Source: Gemmatimonadaceae bacterium
GTDB taxonomy: Bacteria > Gemmatimonadota > Gemmatimonadetes > Gemmatimonadales > Gemmatimonadaceae
Length of the DNA stretch: 64,000 nucleotides
Assembly (NCBI GenBank): GCA_040901985.1
Contig: JBBDYC010000007.1
Location: forward strand, 1-64,000
Reading direction: 5' to 3'
Numbering within the stretch: the stretch's first letter is position 1; every line of letters starts with the position of its first letter. The notes beneath the pieces were generated by a model. It saw only the letters and a program-made list of their open reading frames with translations. It was not told where the DNA came from and ran no database searches. The position numbers and the translations under genes are program-made. Below are positions 1-8,550 of this stretch, one piece after another.

Positions 1-1
1 G

Positions 2-541
2 GCGACGGGTCGCTTCACGCAGGAGGACCCGATCGGGCTCGCGGGGGGGATGAACGTGTATGGGTATGCCGACGGCGACCCAATCAATTATCACGATCCG
101 TTTGGGCTGAGTTCCTGCGCCAATTGGTCCGCTGCCGACTGTCGCTCATTCACCGGCGCAGCCGCGCAAGCGGTCGTGGCCGGAATGCAACGCGGAAGCC
201 TCACGGTCGACGACATCTTCTCCGATGAGAAGTCCACTGAGCGCAATGAAGGTCCGACTCTCGAAGTCGCGATGCACAAGTCACCCACTTGGGTGGGCTG
301 CAATCGGCAGCAAATAATGTTCCGCCATCTCGACAAGCAGGGCAACATGGGCGAGTGGATCCTGAAACAGGGCAAGGTAGTGAGGAATCCGAAGATACGC
401 GGGATTCGTGTCCCGATCTCCGTCGGATTCTACGCGGGAACCTTCTCATCCTCGTCGTACCCCGCGCCACTGCCTGCAGCAGGCCAGGTCTACTGCAATG
501 CGGGTGTTGGGACGTTTCAGGCCATCGGATGGACACCGTGA
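2..541 (+). CDS. Rhs repeat-associated core protein, C-terminal part (5' truncated by the window edge) with putative toxin domain
   Basis: Frame from base 2 reads ATGRFTQEDPIGLAGGMNVYGYADGDPINYHDPFGL, the Rhs core PxxxxDPxGL motif, followed by a ~140 aa unique tip. Confidence 0.9.
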   Translation, partial: ATGRFTQEDPIGLAGGMNVYGYADGDPINYHDPFGLSSCANWSAADCRSFTGAAAQAVVAGMQRGSLTVDDIFSDEKSTERNEGPTLEVAMHKSPTWVGCNRQQIMFRHLDKQGNMGEWILKQGKVVRNPKIRGIRVPISVGFYAGTFSSSSYPAPLPAAGQVYCNAGVGTFQAIGWTP

Positions 542-1194
542 CTCATGTCATCCGTTGTTTGCTCCTGCCTGCTGCTATGCTTTCTGGAGCAAGCCCTGCA
601 CGGCACGCTGACCTTCACGATGAGCCGATTGCTCAGTCGACACCATCATTCACCTTCTCAAGTATGAGTGCACCGGATTTGGTGGCCGAAGCCACTCTCA
701 TTGTTCTGGCCGGGCAGGCAGGACACCGCTCGAATCAGTGGGAGATCGCGGCCTCAGACGGCGGGACCACCATTGCCGTCGGACACGCCGAAGCGACTCG
801 TCGTCTCGTAGCCATGACGAAGCCGATCGCGTGCGAAGCAACGACAGCCGGCGACGTCGTCCGCATCGCTTGCGGACCGCTAACCCTGGACGAAAGGAAT
901 TCACACGCGCGTTGGATCGACGCCTTTCGTCAGCACACAGGATTCTTTGAGGTGTTCGAGACGCACAAGGCACGCAGCCACGGTTTGCGTGTGCTTGTCA
1001 GGAGTGTGCAGGGTCAGGTCATCCTTCCCGTGCACGACTTCGAATCGCTCGTGAGTGACTACTACTTTCGAGGTGCAGTGTCCTTCGGAGTCGGCATGCC
1101 GACCTACTTCGAGGCAGAACTCGGTGCTCACCTTGTTTTCGAATCGAGTATCCTCGAACCATATTCGGGACCGATTCCTCCGGATACGCCGTAA
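529..1194 (+). CDS. Putative immunity protein with signal peptide (start ATG 529 or GTG 538)
   Basis: Overlaps the Rhs stop codon, has a hydrophobic N-terminus (IRCLLLPAAMLSGASPA) and shares the lower-GC composition. Confidence 0.55.
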   Translation: MDTVTHVIRCLLLPAAMLSGASPARHADLHDEPIAQSTPSFTFSSMSAPDLVAEATLIVLAGQAGHRSNQWEIAASDGGTTIAVGHAEATRRLVAMTKPIACEATTAGDVVRIACGPLTLDERNSHARWIDAFRQHTGFFEVFETHKARSHGLRVLVRSVQGQVILPVHDFESLVSDYYFRGAVSFGVGMPTYFEAELGAHLVFESSILEPYSGPIPPDTP

Positions 1195-1276
1195 GGTGTC
1201 CGCCCGCGAGTCGGCACAGGTGTCCGCGTACGGTGCATCGCGTGGCGACTCGACCACGAATTCTCAAGGAGCGCCC

Positions 1277-1338
1277 GCCTAACCTGGGCGTTGAACTGCG
1301 ACGTTCCCTTAGGCCGTCAGCTCCAACCCGGGTTCGGC
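1277..1338 (-). mobile_element. Integron attC-like recombination site
   Basis: Minus strand GCCGAAC-CCGG-GTTGGAGCTGACG...CGCAGTTCAAC-GCCCAG-GTTAGGC: 62 bp imperfect inverted repeat with R'' ending in AAC and R' GTTRRRY. Confidence 0.7.
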
Positions 1339-1420
1339 GCAGTGCCCCGCCAATCGAGCTGGACGGGCGGGAGGAGAGGATTCCCCCGAGTCGTCAAGAC
1401 GACCTGTCGCGAGCGAGCGC

Positions 1421-1645
1421 TCAGCGAAGGTCCACGAACTCCTCTGCGCTCAGGCCGATGTCACGCGCGATGACTCGGACGAGGGTCGGGGCGATGTCGC
1501 GGTTCCCGTGATCGGGGACCGTCGTGGCGCGACCGTCCGAATGCCGGAACTGTCGATGCGAGCCGCGCTGCCGCACCTCGACGAATCCTAGACGGACGAG
1601 GATGGAGACGACGACACGCGGCCTGAGTGGTGGGATGCGCCCCAC
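1421..1645 (-). CDS. hicA: HicA family toxin (mRNA interferase)
   Basis: LGFVEVRQRGSHRQFRHSDGRATTVPDH, the GSH motif of HicA; 74 aa. Confidence 0.9.
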   Translation of the reverse strand: MGRIPPLRPRVVVSILVRLGFVEVRQRGSHRQFRHSDGRATTVPDHGNRDIAPTLVRVIARDIGLSAEEFVDLR

Positions 1646-1648
1646 CGC

Positions 1649-1858
1649 TCAGGCGACTTCCAGGGTCTGCGTGCCGACGAACGTCGCTTCAAACGACGGC
1701 TCACCGTCCTCGCGGAGCATCTCGATGACCTCACGAAGATTGTCGCGAAGCTCATCCAACGTCGCGCCTTGCGAGTGCGCGCCGGGCCACCCGGGCACAT
1801 AGCCGACGAAGAGGCCGGTGTCCTGGTCTCGTTCAATCACCGCGGTGTAGGATCGCAT
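1649..1858 (-). CDS. hicB: HicB family antitoxin (short, no DNA-binding domain)
   Basis: YTAVIERD...VGYVPGWPGAHSQGATLDELRDNLREVIE, the HicB/UPF0150 pattern. Confidence 0.9.
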   Translation of the reverse strand: MRSYTAVIERDQDTGLFVGYVPGWPGAHSQGATLDELRDNLREVIEMLREDGEPSFEATFVGTQTLEVA

Positions 1859-2098
1859 GGGAACCCAAGGAGGGAGGCTTCCGTAATGTCGCTGTCCGAC
1901 CCGGCGTTCGCCACCCTCCCGCGGGTTGGAGTTCCCCACTCCCGTGGACACCTCGGTTAGCCCTACTTGCGCAGCTGCCCCTCAAACTCCACGGGCGAGC
2001 GGAAACGCAATGACGCGTGACGCCGCTCCCGATTGTACCACGCCTCGATGCAGGAGCCAAGCTCGCGCCGCGCGTCGTCGCGCCCGGGGCACGCCCGT

Positions 2099-4021
2099 CT
2101 AGAGCGACGTCGCCGGCGGCACGCTTACCGGCGTCGGCGTGATGGCCGGGGACTCCTCCACCGGCTCCTCCCCGGGATTGATGAAGAGGTCCTTCTCGAT
2201 CTCGTACTGCGTGTCGTGGAGTTCCCGGTAGCGGCCGCCGTGGGCCATCAACTCGCGGTGCGTGCCGCGCTCGACGATCTCGCCGTGCTCGAGCACGAGG
2301 ATCTGGTCGGCGCTGCGGATCGTCGAGAGCCGGTGCGCGATCACGAAGGTCGTCCGCCCCGAGCGAAGCGCGAGGAGCGCCTCGCGGATCTGCCGTTCGC
2401 TCTCGCTGTCGAGACTCGACGTGGCCTCGTCGAGGATCAGCATCTGGGGGTCGGCGAGGATCGCCCGCGCGATCGCCACGCGCTGCCGCTGGCCGCCGGA
2501 GAGCCGCACCCCACGCTCGCCGACGATCGTGTCGTAGCCGTTGGGGAAGCCGGCGATGAACTCCTCGCAGTTGGCCACCTGCGCCGCCGCCTTCACCTGC
2601 GCCAGTGATGCGCCGGGCTTTGAGAACGCGATGTTCTCGGCCACGGTGCCGTCGAACAGGAAGTTGTCCTGCAGCACCACGCCGAGCGTCGAGCGGTAGT
2701 CGCGCAGGCGCAGCGCGGCGAGGTCCTGGCCGCCAATCGTGATGCGGCCGCGCTGCGGCCGGTTGAAGGCGAGGATCAGCGAGATCAGCGTGCTCTTGCC
2801 CGACCCGCTCGACCCGACGAGCGCCGTCGTCGTGCCCGTGGGGGCGGTGAAGGAAATGCCCTTGAGGACCGGCACGCCCGGCCGGTACTCGAACCACACG
2901 TCCTCGAAGGCCACGTCCCAGGTGGCGCCGTCCAACCGGTCGCGCAGTTGGTCGTCCTCGTCCTCGGTCGGCGTCTCGAAGATCTCGCGGATGCGGTCGA
3001 GGCCGGCAAAGGCCTCGGTGACCTGCGTGCCGATGGCGGCCATCTGCACGACCGGGAACGAGACAAGGCCGACGAAGAAGATGTAGGAGACGAGGTCGCC
3101 GAGCGTCATCGTGCCGGCGACGACGGCGCGGCCGCCGACGGTCAGGATGAGCACCCCGACCGCGCCGATGATCACGGTCGAGATTGCGCCGATGGCGCTC
3201 GTCCCGGTGATCGTGGACGCGATGTTGCGGAAGAGGCGGTGCGCGCCGCGCGTGAAGACGATCTCCTCGCGCTTCTCGGCGGTATAGACCTTCACCACGC
3301 GCGCGCCGCCCATCGCCTGGCCGAGCCGTCCGCTCACTTCGGCCTGGATCTTGGACCGCTCGCGGAAGATCGGCCGCAGCTTCACGAACGCGTAGGCCAT
3401 CACGCCGCCGAAGACGGCGAGGAAGCCCAGCGTGATCGCGGTGAGGAACCAGTTGAGCCAGAACAGGTAGCCGAGCGCCAGCGTCGCGGTGAGCAACCCG
3501 CCGACGAGCTGCACGATCCCCGTGCCAATCAGGTTGCGGATGCCCTCGGCGTCGTTCATCACGCGGTTGATCAGCACGCCGCTCTGCGTCGAGTCGAAGA
3601 ACGAGATCGGCAGGCGCAGCACGCGCGCCTGGACGCGGCGGCGGAGGTCGGTGATGGCCCGCTGCGCCGCCACCGAGATGACCTGCGAGAGGGCGAACGA
3701 GCTCGCCGCCTGCAGCACCGTCGCCGTGCCGGCGGCGATCGCGATCGGCATCAGCAGCTCCAGCCGCCGGTTGGTCAGCACCTCGTCAATGATCCACTTG
3801 ACGCTGCCGGGGAGGACGAGGCCGGCGAGGCGGTTGACGACCATCAGCACGAGTCCGATCGCCAACGTCCGGCGGTGCTGCCACATCAACTTGCGCGTCT
3901 CCGACCACGCGGCCCGGTAGTTGGTCGGCCGCTTCGCGGCCTTCTCGCCGTTCTCGCCCTTCTCGCCGTTCTTGCCCTTCTCGCCCTTCTTGCCTTTCTC
4001 CTTCCGCGCGGGGGCGCTCAC
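2099..4021 (-). CDS. ABC exporter, fused permease/ATPase (MsbA-like)
   Basis: TM domain plus GSSGSGKST, LSGGQRQR, ILDEATS and AHRLST. Confidence 0.95.
   Translation of the reverse strand: MSAPARKEKGKKGEKGKNGEKGENGEKAAKRPTNYRAAWSETRKLMWQHRRTLAIGLVLMVVNRLAGLVLPGSVKWIIDEVLTNRRLELLMPIAIAAGTATVLQAASSFALSQVISVAAQRAITDLRRRVQARVLRLPISFFDSTQSGVLINRVMNDAEGIRNLIGTGIVQLVGGLLTATLALGYLFWLNWFLTAITLGFLAVFGGVMAYAFVKLRPIFRERSKIQAEVSGRLGQAMGGARVVKVYTAEKREEIVFTRGAHRLFRNIASTITGTSAIGAISTVIIGAVGVLILTVGGRAVVAGTMTLGDLVSYIFFVGLVSFPVVQMAAIGTQVTEAFAGLDRIREIFETPTEDEDDQLRDRLDGATWDVAFEDVWFEYRPGVPVLKGISFTAPTGTTTALVGSSGSGKSTLISLILAFNRPQRGRITIGGQDLAALRLRDYRSTLGVVLQDNFLFDGTVAENIAFSKPGASLAQVKAAAQVANCEEFIAGFPNGYDTIVGERGVRLSGGQRQRVAIARAILADPQMLILDEATSSLDSESERQIREALLALRSGRTTFVIAHRLSTIRSADQILVLEHGEIVERGTHRELMAHGGRYRELHDTQYEIEKDLFINPGEEPVEESPAITPTPVSVPPATSL
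3941..4003 (-). repeat. 9-bp coding tandem repeat (GEKGKNGEKGENGEK) in the ABC exporter N-terminus
   Basis: Repeated ccttctcgc/cgttctcgc/ccttcttgc units. Confidence 0.7.
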
Positions 4022-4806
4022 GCAGCACCGCCGCGCGCCGCGAGGATTGCGGCCGGGTCGTCGCTGATGATCCCGTTCACGCCCTTGGCCCAGAGTCGCC
4101 GCGCAACGATCGGGTCATTCACCGTCCAGACGTGGGTGGCGCCGCCGGCGGCGCGCATCATCGCCGCGTAGCGCCGCACCGGGACGGGAAGGATTCGTCG
4201 GTGGAACCGGGGGATGCACATTGCCTGGAATGGGAGCGCTTGTCGGGAAAGGCGTCGGCCGAATACCGCTGGAAGGTACAGCCGGGTGAGTTCAGCCGAC
4301 GCCGCGCTGACCGGGATGCCGACGTCCTGGAAGGGGCGCAGGGCGTCGTCGAGGAAGCTCCCGATCAGCACGCGGCCGGTGTCGCCGGTGCGACGGAGGA
4401 TCTCGAGTGCCGGACGCGCGACCTCCACGGTCTTGAGCTCGATGATCAACGGCAACGTTGGCGCGTCGGCGAGCGCCTCCTCGAGCGTCGGGATGCGGAC
4501 GCCGCGTCCGCGCCAGGGGAAGGTGCGGCCGCCGTCCGGGGTGAAGCACGCGCCGGCGTCGAGGGCGTGGAGCTCGGCCAGCGTTCGCGCGGACACTGCT
4601 CCCCGGCCGTCCGTGGTCCGGTCGAGCGTCGGGTCGTGCATCAGCACCGGGACGCCGTCGCGCGAGAGGTGGAGGTCAAACTCCAGCGCGTCCACGCCCT
4701 TGGCGAGTGCCTGACGCAGGGACTCGAGCGTGTTCTCGGGGGCGTGGGCGCGGTCGCCGCGGTGCCCGATGACGGGGCGTCGGGCAGGATCGAGGAGCAC
4801 GAGCAT
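4018..4806 (-). CDS. Glycerophosphodiester phosphodiesterase
   Basis: IGHRGDRAHAPENT, EFDLHLSRDG, HDPTLDRTT, WTVND, GIISDDP. Confidence 0.92.
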   Translation of the reverse strand: MLVLLDPARRPVIGHRGDRAHAPENTLESLRQALAKGVDALEFDLHLSRDGVPVLMHDPTLDRTTDGRGAVSARTLAELHALDAGACFTPDGGRTFPWRGRGVRIPTLEEALADAPTLPLIIELKTVEVARPALEILRRTGDTGRVLIGSFLDDALRPFQDVGIPVSAASAELTRLYLPAVFGRRLSRQALPFQAMCIPRFHRRILPVPVRRYAAMMRAAGGATHVWTVNDPIVARRLWAKGVNGIISDDPAAILAARGGAA

Positions 4807-4818
4807 CGTCGCAAGATA

Positions 4819-4863
4819 CACGAAGGGGGGCGGGCCTCAAAAAGTGGCCCACCCCCCGTCGTG
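4819..4863 (-). terminator. GC-rich hairpin after the TonB receptor stop
   Basis: cacgaagggggg-c-gggcc ... ggccc-a-ccccccgtcgtg inverted repeat. Confidence 0.55.
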
Positions 4864-4877
4864 GCCCCGCGGAGCGA

Positions 4878-7709
4878 CTAGAAGGTGTACTGCAACCGCG
4901 TGGTGGCGAAGCGTCCCACCGGCGCGACGCCGGCGAACGACTGCACCTCATTGTTCAGCGCGTTCTGGATGTTGAGCGCCCAGCGGACGTTCTGGGCGAT
5001 TGGCAGCCGCCACGAGAAGCCGAGGTCGAGGAACGCATTCACCGGGACCGACGGATACGGGACCGGGGTGCCGATGTTGTACGAGTTCAGCACGCCCGAG
5101 TTGACCGGGAACGCGTCCATATAGCGCCCGCGGACCTCGGCGGCCATGCCGCGCGCCTCGTTCACCCGGCGCACCGTCAAGGTGCCGCGGTGCTTCGGGG
5201 TGTTTGCCGCGAGCGGGCTGGCGACGGACGATCCCGGGGCGTCCGCGAAGACGTTGCGGGAGAGGGTGGAGTAGGTGGCCTCGACGCTCCACATATCGCT
5301 GAGGAGGTAGTCGAGGGCGAAATCCATTCCGCGGACGTCCACGTGGCCTTCGGAGTTCCGATACGTGAAGACGAGATAGGTCTGGTCGTAGATCGGGTTG
5401 GTGAAGTTGAGGGCGCCGGTGGGGGCGCCGGCGAGCGATGTCGTCCATCCGGTGATCACCGTGGTAATGGCGCCGACTGGCACGCCATTCGTCGCCAGCG
5501 TGGTGCCCATCTGGGCGCCGAGGAACTGACCGAGGCTGGCCGGATCATAGAACGCGATCTGCGGGACGAGCCCCGTCGTCGGATCGGACGGGCGGATCTG
5601 GTACCAGTAGTCGGCCGAGACCCGGAGCTTGTTGCCGAAGATGCCCTTGTAGCCGACCTCCCAGGTGTTGGAGAAGTTGGCGCCGAGCGGGTCAAGGTCC
5701 TGGATGGACGAGAGCGCGATGATCGGCGACCCGGGGACGGCGACGTTGCGGAAGGCCGTGCCGACGAAGGTGCCGGCGGCGCCGGAGTGCGCGGGGTTGA
5801 GTGCGTTGAGCGCGTTGATGATGTTCTGCTGCTGCGTGGCGTTGAGGCCGAACGTGCCGGCGATTGACGCGACGAGCGCGGTCGAAGTGCCGGCGTTCAT
5901 GAACCCGTTGAGCGTGAGCGCCGAGCTGGCCGGCATCAGGACGCCACCCGGTCCGCGCATCATCAGCCCGTTGGTGACCGTCGAGACGCCGCTCCGGTCG
6001 TACCGCCACCCTTCCTTGGACGGATTGCCGAAGATCCGCACTTCGCGCGTGCCGAGCATCGGGCCGAGGGACACCGACGTGCCCGAGTACTGGTCGAGCG
6101 AGAACGCGAACGACGCCGGCGAGTTGAACGCCCGGTTGAACGTGAAGCGGAAGTTCTGCGTGGGCGCCAGCTTGTACAGGAACGCCGCGCGCGGGGAGAA
6201 CTGCGACCCCTCAATCCTCGAGTTGACGTCGCCGCGGACGGCGCCCATGAAGTCGAGCTTCTCGGAGAGCGGCTGGGTGAGCTGGAGGTAGACGCCCATC
6301 TCGTTGATGTTGTCGTCGTCCTCGTTCCGCCCCATGATCGTCCCTTCGGTCTCGGGCGTGGTGGCGATGTAGTCGAAGCCGGCGGTGAGCCGGGTGGTCC
6401 GGAAATTGAAGCCCTGCTGGAGCTGGGCGACGAGGACGTTCGACTTGTCCACCACCGGGATGCCGCTACGAAGGTAGTAGGTGCCGGCGTCGTCGTCGGC
6501 GTCCTCGTTCCCCGAGTCCGACTTATTGTAGAAGACCTGCGCGAAGAACTTCTTGTGGCGGAAGCGCTGCTGGAAGTTGGTGTAGCTCCAGTTCGACACC
6601 TGCGCGGCGCCGAAGGTCGTCGTGATCTCGAGCGCGCTGCCGGCCATCGTGTAGCCGAAGGTCGTGATCGCCTCGGTGTCCTCGTTGGGCCGGAAGTCGA
6701 GGCGGGCCTCGCCGGTGTACTTCTGGAGCCCGAAGTCGCGGGCGACGGCCTGCCCGCGGCGCGACGGAGGGATCCGCGTGTCGGTGGCTGAATAGGTCGT
6801 CGGCTCGTTCGGATCGGTGTATTCCCAGTCGTTCGCCGTGAAGTACTCGCCGGAGAGCTTGTAGCCGAACTTGTCACCGCCGAAGACGCCGGCGTGCCGG
6901 CCGGAGAGGCGCAGCATTGACCGCTCGCCGCCGTCGAGCGTAAGCGTCGTGCCCTGCGACTGGAACGGGGACTTGGTGATCACGTGGAGGACGCCGGCGC
7001 CCGAGTTGGGCCCGTAGAGCGCCGAGGCGGGACCCTGCAGGACCTCGATCCGGTCAATGTCCTCACCGGTCCCGGTGAAGAGGAAGGGCACGTTTACGCG
7101 GAGCGACGGGACGCCGGCGAACCGGTAGTCCTGCAGCATCAGCATCGTGGTCGAGAAGGCGTTGTTGAAGCCGCGCGAGACGATGTTGGCCTGCACGATG
7201 CCGCCGTTGGAGATCGAGAGGCCCGGCTGGCCCTTGAGGTGATCCGTCACCGTCGCCGCCGGACGCTCGGCGATGCGCTCCGAGCTGATCATCGAGATCG
7301 AGTTCGGCGAGTCGAGGATCTTCTCCGGCTCGGCGCCGCGCGTGCCGGTCGTCACGACCTGGTTGAGCACGGAGGCGAGTTCGGTGAGCGTCAGGTTGAC
7401 GGTCGTCGTCCCGCCGGCCGTCACCGTCACGCCGTCGCTGCGCCGCGCCGAGAAGCCGATGCGGCTCGCGAGCACGCTGTACGTCCCCGCGGCGACATTC
7501 ACGATCCGGTAACCGCCATTGTCGTCCGTCTGGCCGGCCGCCACCGCGGTCGCCCCGGTCAGGACCTGGATGCGGACGCCCGGAACGCCTTCGCCGGATT
7601 CGGCGTGCGTCACGCGGCCGGTGACCGTGCCGGACTGGGCCTCGACGGCACCCGCGACCGCGAGGAAGGCGACCGCGCCGAGCATCGTGCTGAGGAATCG
7701 GATTCGCAT
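4878..7709 (-). CDS. TonB-dependent receptor with N-terminal carboxypeptidase-regulatory-like domain
   Basis: Signal peptide, GTVTGRV domain, plug motif IDRIEVLQGPASALYG, C-terminal F (RLQYTF). Confidence 0.93.
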   Translation of the reverse strand: MRIRFLSTMLGAVAFLAVAGAVEAQSGTVTGRVTHAESGEGVPGVRIQVLTGATAVAAGQTDDNGGYRIVNVAAGTYSVLASRIGFSARRSDGVTVTAGGTTTVNLTLTELASVLNQVVTTGTRGAEPEKILDSPNSISMISSERIAERPAATVTDHLKGQPGLSISNGGIVQANIVSRGFNNAFSTTMLMLQDYRFAGVPSLRVNVPFLFTGTGEDIDRIEVLQGPASALYGPNSGAGVLHVITKSPFQSQGTTLTLDGGERSMLRLSGRHAGVFGGDKFGYKLSGEYFTANDWEYTDPNEPTTYSATDTRIPPSRRGQAVARDFGLQKYTGEARLDFRPNEDTEAITTFGYTMAGSALEITTTFGAAQVSNWSYTNFQQRFRHKKFFAQVFYNKSDSGNEDADDDAGTYYLRSGIPVVDKSNVLVAQLQQGFNFRTTRLTAGFDYIATTPETEGTIMGRNEDDDNINEMGVYLQLTQPLSEKLDFMGAVRGDVNSRIEGSQFSPRAAFLYKLAPTQNFRFTFNRAFNSPASFAFSLDQYSGTSVSLGPMLGTREVRIFGNPSKEGWRYDRSGVSTVTNGLMMRGPGGVLMPASSALTLNGFMNAGTSTALVASIAGTFGLNATQQQNIINALNALNPAHSGAAGTFVGTAFRNVAVPGSPIIALSSIQDLDPLGANFSNTWEVGYKGIFGNKLRVSADYWYQIRPSDPTTGLVPQIAFYDPASLGQFLGAQMGTTLATNGVPVGAITTVITGWTTSLAGAPTGALNFTNPIYDQTYLVFTYRNSEGHVDVRGMDFALDYLLSDMWSVEATYSTLSRNVFADAPGSSVASPLAANTPKHRGTLTVRRVNEARGMAAEVRGRYMDAFPVNSGVLNSYNIGTPVPYPSVPVNAFLDLGFSWRLPIAQNVRWALNIQNALNNEVQSFAGVAPVGRFATTRLQYTF

Positions 7710-7770
7710 ACGAGAGGGACCTCGAAACGCGTGGAGTGTGGAGCGCCGAAGGTGACGCTCGGCAAGGGCT

Positions 7771-7788
7771 GCGTGACGTGCGTCACGC
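7771..7788. promoter_or_regulatory. Palindrome GCGTGACG-TG-CGTCACGC (CRP/FNR-like GTGA-N6-TCAC)
   Basis: Perfect 8-bp inverted repeat upstream of the TonB receptor. Confidence 0.45.
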
Positions 7789-7804
7789 CGCCGGAGGACG
7801 CCCA

Positions 7805-7833
7805 AACTTCCGCTAAGTCGCGCCGCCCGTCAA
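7805..7833 (-). promoter_or_regulatory. Candidate promoter TTGACG-N17-GAAGTT for TonB receptor 1
   Basis: -35-like hexamer, 17 nt spacer, same layout as at 44486. Confidence 0.45.
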
Positions 7834-7861
7834 TAAGGCGGGAGGGGCGAGTTTCCGGCCG

Positions 7862-8500
7862 CTACCGGACGCCGACCACCTTGTGGGCCTGGACCGAGAG
7901 CCGCCAGCGGGGGTGCGCGAGGCAGTAGGCGATCGCCCCCTCGGTCGCCGCCGCGAGTTCCGGGCCGTCCATCGGCTGCAGGTACCAGTGCCGGAAGGCC
8001 AGCCCCTCGAACCGCTCCGGCTGGGCCAACGGCTGCGGGAAGACCAGTTTCAACTCGTCGCCGCCGGCAACCACGACCGGCGCGTCGGCCTTGGGACTCA
8101 CGCAGATCCAGTCGAGGCCGGGCGGAACCGGCTGGGTGCCGTTTGTCTCGACGGCCACCTGGAACCCCCTCGCGTGAAGGGCGGCGATTGCCGGGCCGTC
8201 GAGCTGCAGGAGGGGCTCGCCCCCGGTGCAGACCACGAAGGGTTCACTTCTGCCCCCGGCCGCCCCGGCCGGCCAGCGCGCCGCGACCGCCTCGGCGAGC
8301 GCCTCGGGCGTCGCGAACTTCCCACCGTCCGGACCGACGCCGACGAAGTCGGTGTCGCAGAACGAGCAGACGGCGGTCGCGCGGTCGGCCTCGCGTCCCG
8401 TCCAGAGATTGCACCCGGCAAAGCGACAGAACACGGCCGGGCGACCAGTATGGAAGCCCTCGCCTTGCAGCGTATGGAAGATCTCCTTGACGGTGTACAC
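7862..8500 (-). CDS. queE: 7-carboxy-7-deazaguanine synthase (radical SAM, CX14CX2C type)
   Basis: EIFHTLQGEG, C-NLWTGREADRATAV-C-SF-C, TGGEP; adjacent to queC. Confidence 0.95.
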   Translation of the reverse strand: MYTVKEIFHTLQGEGFHTGRPAVFCRFAGCNLWTGREADRATAVCSFCDTDFVGVGPDGGKFATPEALAEAVAARWPAGAAGGRSEPFVVCTGGEPLLQLDGPAIAALHARGFQVAVETNGTQPVPPGLDWICVSPKADAPVVVAGGDELKLVFPQPLAQPERFEGLAFRHWYLQPMDGPELAAATEGAIAYCLAHPRWRLSVQAHKVVGVR

Positions 8501-8550
8501 GCCTTATAAGATGGGGAATGGGAAACGGGAGAGCGTAGCTCCCTCTCTCC

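Noticed and set aside
289..528. Extended N-terminus of the 289-1194 ORF
   Set aside because: Overlaps the Rhs tip in another frame; the signal peptide points to a start at 529/538
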